Positions 59,271-64,000 of a DNA stretch of 64,000 nucleotides are shown here, piece by piece. Source of the stretch: Neocallimastix sp. 'constans' (Eukaryota). The stretch lies in assembly GCA_050613775.1 (NCBI GenBank), contig JBODTK010000101.1, positions 310,001 to 374,000 of the forward strand. The letters are read 5' to 3'. The position numbers were made by a program, and so were the translations under genes. Each line of letters begins with the position of its first letter. The stretch's first letter is position 1. The notes beneath the pieces were generated by a model that was not told the DNA's origin, did not search any database, and worked only from the letters and a program-made list of their open reading frames with translations.

Positions 59271-62200
59271 AAATTGATCACTATATTTAATTACTTAACT
59301 TTATTCTCAAATTTAATTATTGTATAAAAACAAAAATATTATAATTATTATTATCATTATCATTATTATAATTTTTATTATCATTTAATTTTTTTTTAAT
59401 AATATAATAAATGATAAAAGGTAGTTATATTCAAGTTTATAATTTTTGTATTCTTTTAATTTGTAGTTTACTTCTTTTAAAAATAATAGTATTTAATAAT
59501 TTCTTAAATATATATATCAATTAGTTCAAAATTTAATATTAATTAATAATTAAAAATAAATAAAATAATTATTAATATAATTATTAATTATTAATTTTTT
59601 AATTATTAAATATTGAAATTTTTATAAAGTAATAAAAAAAAATTATTTATGAAATTACTAATTATTATGTATATAATTTATATAGTTCAATTCATATTGA
59701 TTTAATATATTAGTCTCTAGATCGTTTAATAAATAATATTTATAAATTATTGAATGTATAAAATGTTAATGTATTAAAATAGTATTAATGACTAAAATTC
59801 TTAATAATTTAATAAGTTTTTTTTAACAAAAATTAAAAAAATTAATAATATTCTAAATATATAAATCAATTACTTCAAAAATTAAAAATATTTATTAAAC
59901 AATTAAAAAAAAAATAAAATAAAATAAAATAATTATTAATTATTAATTATTAATTATTGAATTTTTTATGTAATAAAATAGAAGAATAAAAAAAAATCAT
60001 TTATGAAATTACTAATTAATATGTATATAATTTGGATAATTCAATTCATATTGATTTTAATAATGAAAAAGAAAGAAAAACAAAAAGAAAAAAAAAATAT
60101 ATTATAAACATAAATAAGTACATTTAAATATATACATATATATATAAAGATAAATGAAAAGAGAGAAAAAAACAATAAGAAAAAAATATATTATAAAAAT
60201 AAATAAGTATATTTAAATAAAATAAAAATTATTAATAATTATATAATAATATTTCTATAATATAAAAATTATAATGGTAAAAAAATTTCTGTTAATAACA
60301 AAATTGATTCTTATTAATATTTTTATCAATATATCATTTAATTTAATCAAAAAATTCTATATGTATATATATATACTTATGAAGATCTCTGACTTCTTTC
60401 AAAATTATCCATTTTTTAATTATTCATATATCTCCATTATATATATTCAATATTTATTTTTATTTTAGTAATTTTCAATTTATTATTTCTTTTTCTTTAA
60501 TGTCAAATAATAATAAAAAAAAAAAAAAAAAAAAAAAAAAACTATGAAAAAAATTAATTTAATTATAAATAAGTAAAAATATAAAAATTATATTTTAAAT
60601 TCTATGGATGTATTTTATTTTATTTTATATTTTTATCAATCACATTTAATTAATAATAATATAAATTTTATAAATAATAATTAATATAAATATAAATTAT
60701 TAATTTATTTATTTACTTATTTATATCTATACACTTATTTATTTGTTTATATTTAATTAATTAAAAATTAGCTTATTTAGTTGTTAATAAATTAAATTAT
60801 TCAGTTATTTAGTTAATTAATTATTTTGTTATTTAATTATTTTGTTATTTATTTATTATTAATTTATTTATTATTTAATTAATTAATGAATATATTATTT
60901 AATTATTTATCATCAATTTATTCATTTATTCATTTTATTATTTATTTATTTATTTTACTATTAATTAATTAATTTTTTTTATTTATTTTACTATTAATTT
61001 ATTTATTTGTTTATTATTAATTCATTCATTTATTTATTTATTTATTTATTTTACTATTTATTTAATTACTATTTATAATTTTTTTGTTATTCATTAGTTA
61101 TCCATATATATTGCATATTTAATGTATTTAACGTATTTATGTATATTTATGTATGTGTGAATGAAATATAAAATTTTAACATAATCATTAGGCTTTTATA
61201 AATATAATATCAATTTTTTTTTATATTTATAAATATATTATTTAATATATTAAAAATGTGCATAAATTTTTTAACATAAAAAACGTTTTTTTTTATTATT
61301 ATTATTATTATTATAAATAGTATATATAATATATTACATATAATATATTATTAATATCAATATATTTATATGGATTATAAATTTTATTCATAATTTTATT
61401 ACAGAGATATTTAATAATAAAGTTTAATAATATATTTATAAAAAAATAAATATATTTATTAATCAATTCAAATAAATATATAAAATTATGTATATTTATA
61501 TTTAATATAAATTATATAGACATAAAAAACTTATTATTATTTTATATTAATAATGTATTATAATATATTGAATTATTAATTAAATAATTGAGTAATACTT
61601 AATTTAAATTAATTATATATCCCAAAGTTAACTATATAACTCTATTTTTATTTATTTTTAATGAAGCGTCAATGTTCATAGGTTGCTTATTTAATTTTAA
61701 TATATTGTAATAAATTGAATTAATATATTAATAATAATATAAAAGTTTTAATTTTTTTTATGCAATGGAAGATTTAATTCTAATTTAATCCATTTAATCC
61801 AAATAATATAAAAGCTTTTATACACTAAATATATTTGAAATTATATCATTTATATATAACATATAGTTTGAAATATGAACTAATTAATAAAAAAATATTT
61901 CTTATATTTTATATGTAATGAATATATATAATAACAATAGCAATAAAAGTAAAATATAAAGTTTTATTAAAAAATTCTTTTTTTTAAAAAAAAAAATATA
62001 CATATATATATTAATACAAGATAAAAATATATATAAAATAATTGTTAATATATTTAATAATAGATAATATTTTATTATATGAATTATAAAATAAAATATA
62101 GAAATTAATAATATATTACAATTTATTAATAATAAATTATTAATATTGAAATTATAAAAAAAAATTATTCAATTATTTATTATTTATTATATATATATTT

Positions 62201-63457
62201 TTTTTTATTAAATATAATTTTTTTTTAATTTGAAATATATATATAATAAATTGTTTTAATAATTTCTTTGATTGTAAAACTTTTATTTTTTTTCTTTTTT
62301 TTTTTCCCTTTTTTTCTCTTCAAAATAAATCTATATATATTAATTAAAAAAAAAAGAAGAAAAAAATTCATATTTTATTTAGAAATTCATAAATTTAAAT
62401 AATAAATGGCGAACTTTATATATTATTTTGTATTGATTAGTTTATAACAAGAAAATAATATTTATATTAATACATATACTTAATTATGTTAATTTTCTGA
62501 AATTATAACAATAACAAAAACAAAATTGTCAAATTAAAATATAATAATCATACTTTTTCAATCTAAAAAGAGAAACAAAAAAAAAGACAAATAAGAAAAG
62601 AAACACATATGTGTTTTATACAATTACAATTAAACAATATTTTAACATAAATAATTACTATAAAACTTTAAAGATAAAGTAAAGTTTATATATTTATTTG
62701 AATTTCAAAAATAAATTTTTGATACCTTAAATTTTATATAGATTGAAAATTATTCTAAATATTCATATTCATAAATATTATTCATTCAGAAGTATATATA
62801 TAGCATCCATTATTTTATAAAATAAAAAACAATTTTTTCAATATAAATCATAATTTATATATTAAAAAAAAGAGAAAAAAGGAAAAGAAAAAAAAAAAAA
62901 AAAAAAAAACATAAATCTTATCTTTATTTATCAATATTACTATAAAAGATTATTCATATAAATATAAAAAGTATTATTAAAATAAATAAATATAAATAAA
63001 TATTAATATATAATTAAACGAATACAATATGTAAGAATAATTTTTATTTTTTTTTTTCTATTTTAATCAATTAGTGATAATAATATATATATAAATTTAT
63101 TCTAAATTATATCTGATACTAATTTTATTATTTATTATTTATGACCTTTTAATTCAAAAATATTATTTATTATATAAATCTTTATTTACATATTATATTT
63201 TAAATATTTTTTAAAAAAAAAAAAAGTATTAATATCATTATATTTTTGGATCCTTATTAATATATCAATATCAATAAATCAAAAATTAATATATATATAT
63301 ATTTTTTATTTCGTTACTTCAAAGCCTTATAAATAGCAATACAAAATATTAAAGAAAAAGAAAATAATTTATTTCTTTGGAAATAAAAAAATTATTAAAC
63401 AAATATATTTATAATCAATAAATAAGCTTATTTAACAACTTTATATAATTATAGATA

Positions 63458-63978
63458 ATGAAAAAAATGAATTTAAAAATATTTATAGTGTATTGTTTTA
63501 CTATATTTTTTAAATTTGCCTATTCAGAAAGTAATAAATTTATTAAAATAATTCATTCAATTTTATTATTTGCATTTTAATATTATATATTTATATTTTA
63601 TTAACCCAATTTCTATTTTGATATGTAAAAGGTAATTGTGGTACATCATTATGTGTATCAACAAATGTAATTAAACCAGGTCAACCAGTTCAACTTTCAT
63701 GGCATAAATCAGATAATAAAAATGGAATACAAATTTCCTTACTTTATGGTGATAATTCTGATAAAACAGATTGTCGTGAATTACAGGGTAAACAAGTATT
63801 AAAGAGTTGGCGATTAAAAAATGGTGAAGAAGAATATACCTTTACTATTAATGATGTTGATTTCGAAATTCAAGATAAGACTTTTGTATTTTTAGTAGAA
63901 TACTTAGCCAGTAGTTTTTGTATGATGGCTCCAAGTGGGCCAAAAGGTCTTGGTACAAGTTATGTGGTATTTGGTTAG
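63458..63978 (+). CDS. Secreted Cys-containing protein of unknown function, possibly continuing beyond the window
   Basis: Exon 1 63458-63530 encodes signal peptide MKKMNLKIFIVYCFTIFFKFAYSE; GT-AG intron 63531-63631; exon 2 reads SNCGTSLCVSTNVIKPGQPVQLSWHKSD...EYTFTINDVD...FCMMAPSGPKGLGTSYVVF. It ends at TAG 63978 or splices at GTTAGT 63974. Confidence 0.75.
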
Positions 63979-64000
63979 TTATTAAATAAAATTATTGAAA

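Noticed and set aside
59555..60060. Degenerate ~150 bp direct duplication
   Set aside because: AT-rich local duplication with no element hallmarks.

Overview
Extremely AT-rich, intron-containing eukaryotic DNA with long A/T homopolymers and ATT microsatellites. Together with a flagellar gene and a secreted mannanase, this fits an anaerobic gut fungus (Neocallimastigomycota; inferred). Eight host genes can be modelled by hand: an Rds2/AcuM-type Zn2Cys6-PAS transcription factor, a low-complexity protein with a C-terminal RRM, an Inn1/Fic1-like C2 plus proline-rich protein, CFAP251/WDR66, a GH5 beta-mannanase with one frameshift, a single-pass PY-motif membrane protein, an Asteroid/FAM120-like PIN-domain protein with an internal duplication, and a secreted protein at the right edge. 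The most notable region is a ~4.1 kb intronless, decayed cassette at ~38950-43057. It holds a Cys-rich ORF, a ~630-codon structural-like pseudo-ORF and a CRESS-virus-Rep-type SF3 helicase ORF, and looks like an endogenous ssDNA-virus-like element. It lies 0.4 kb from a non-autonomous Mutator/foldback element with a perfect 9-bp target-site duplication. Also present are a decayed LTR retroelement, a related solo LTR with an insertion, and a ~380-nt structured non-coding island. All calls come from reading the sequence by eye; no database searches were run.
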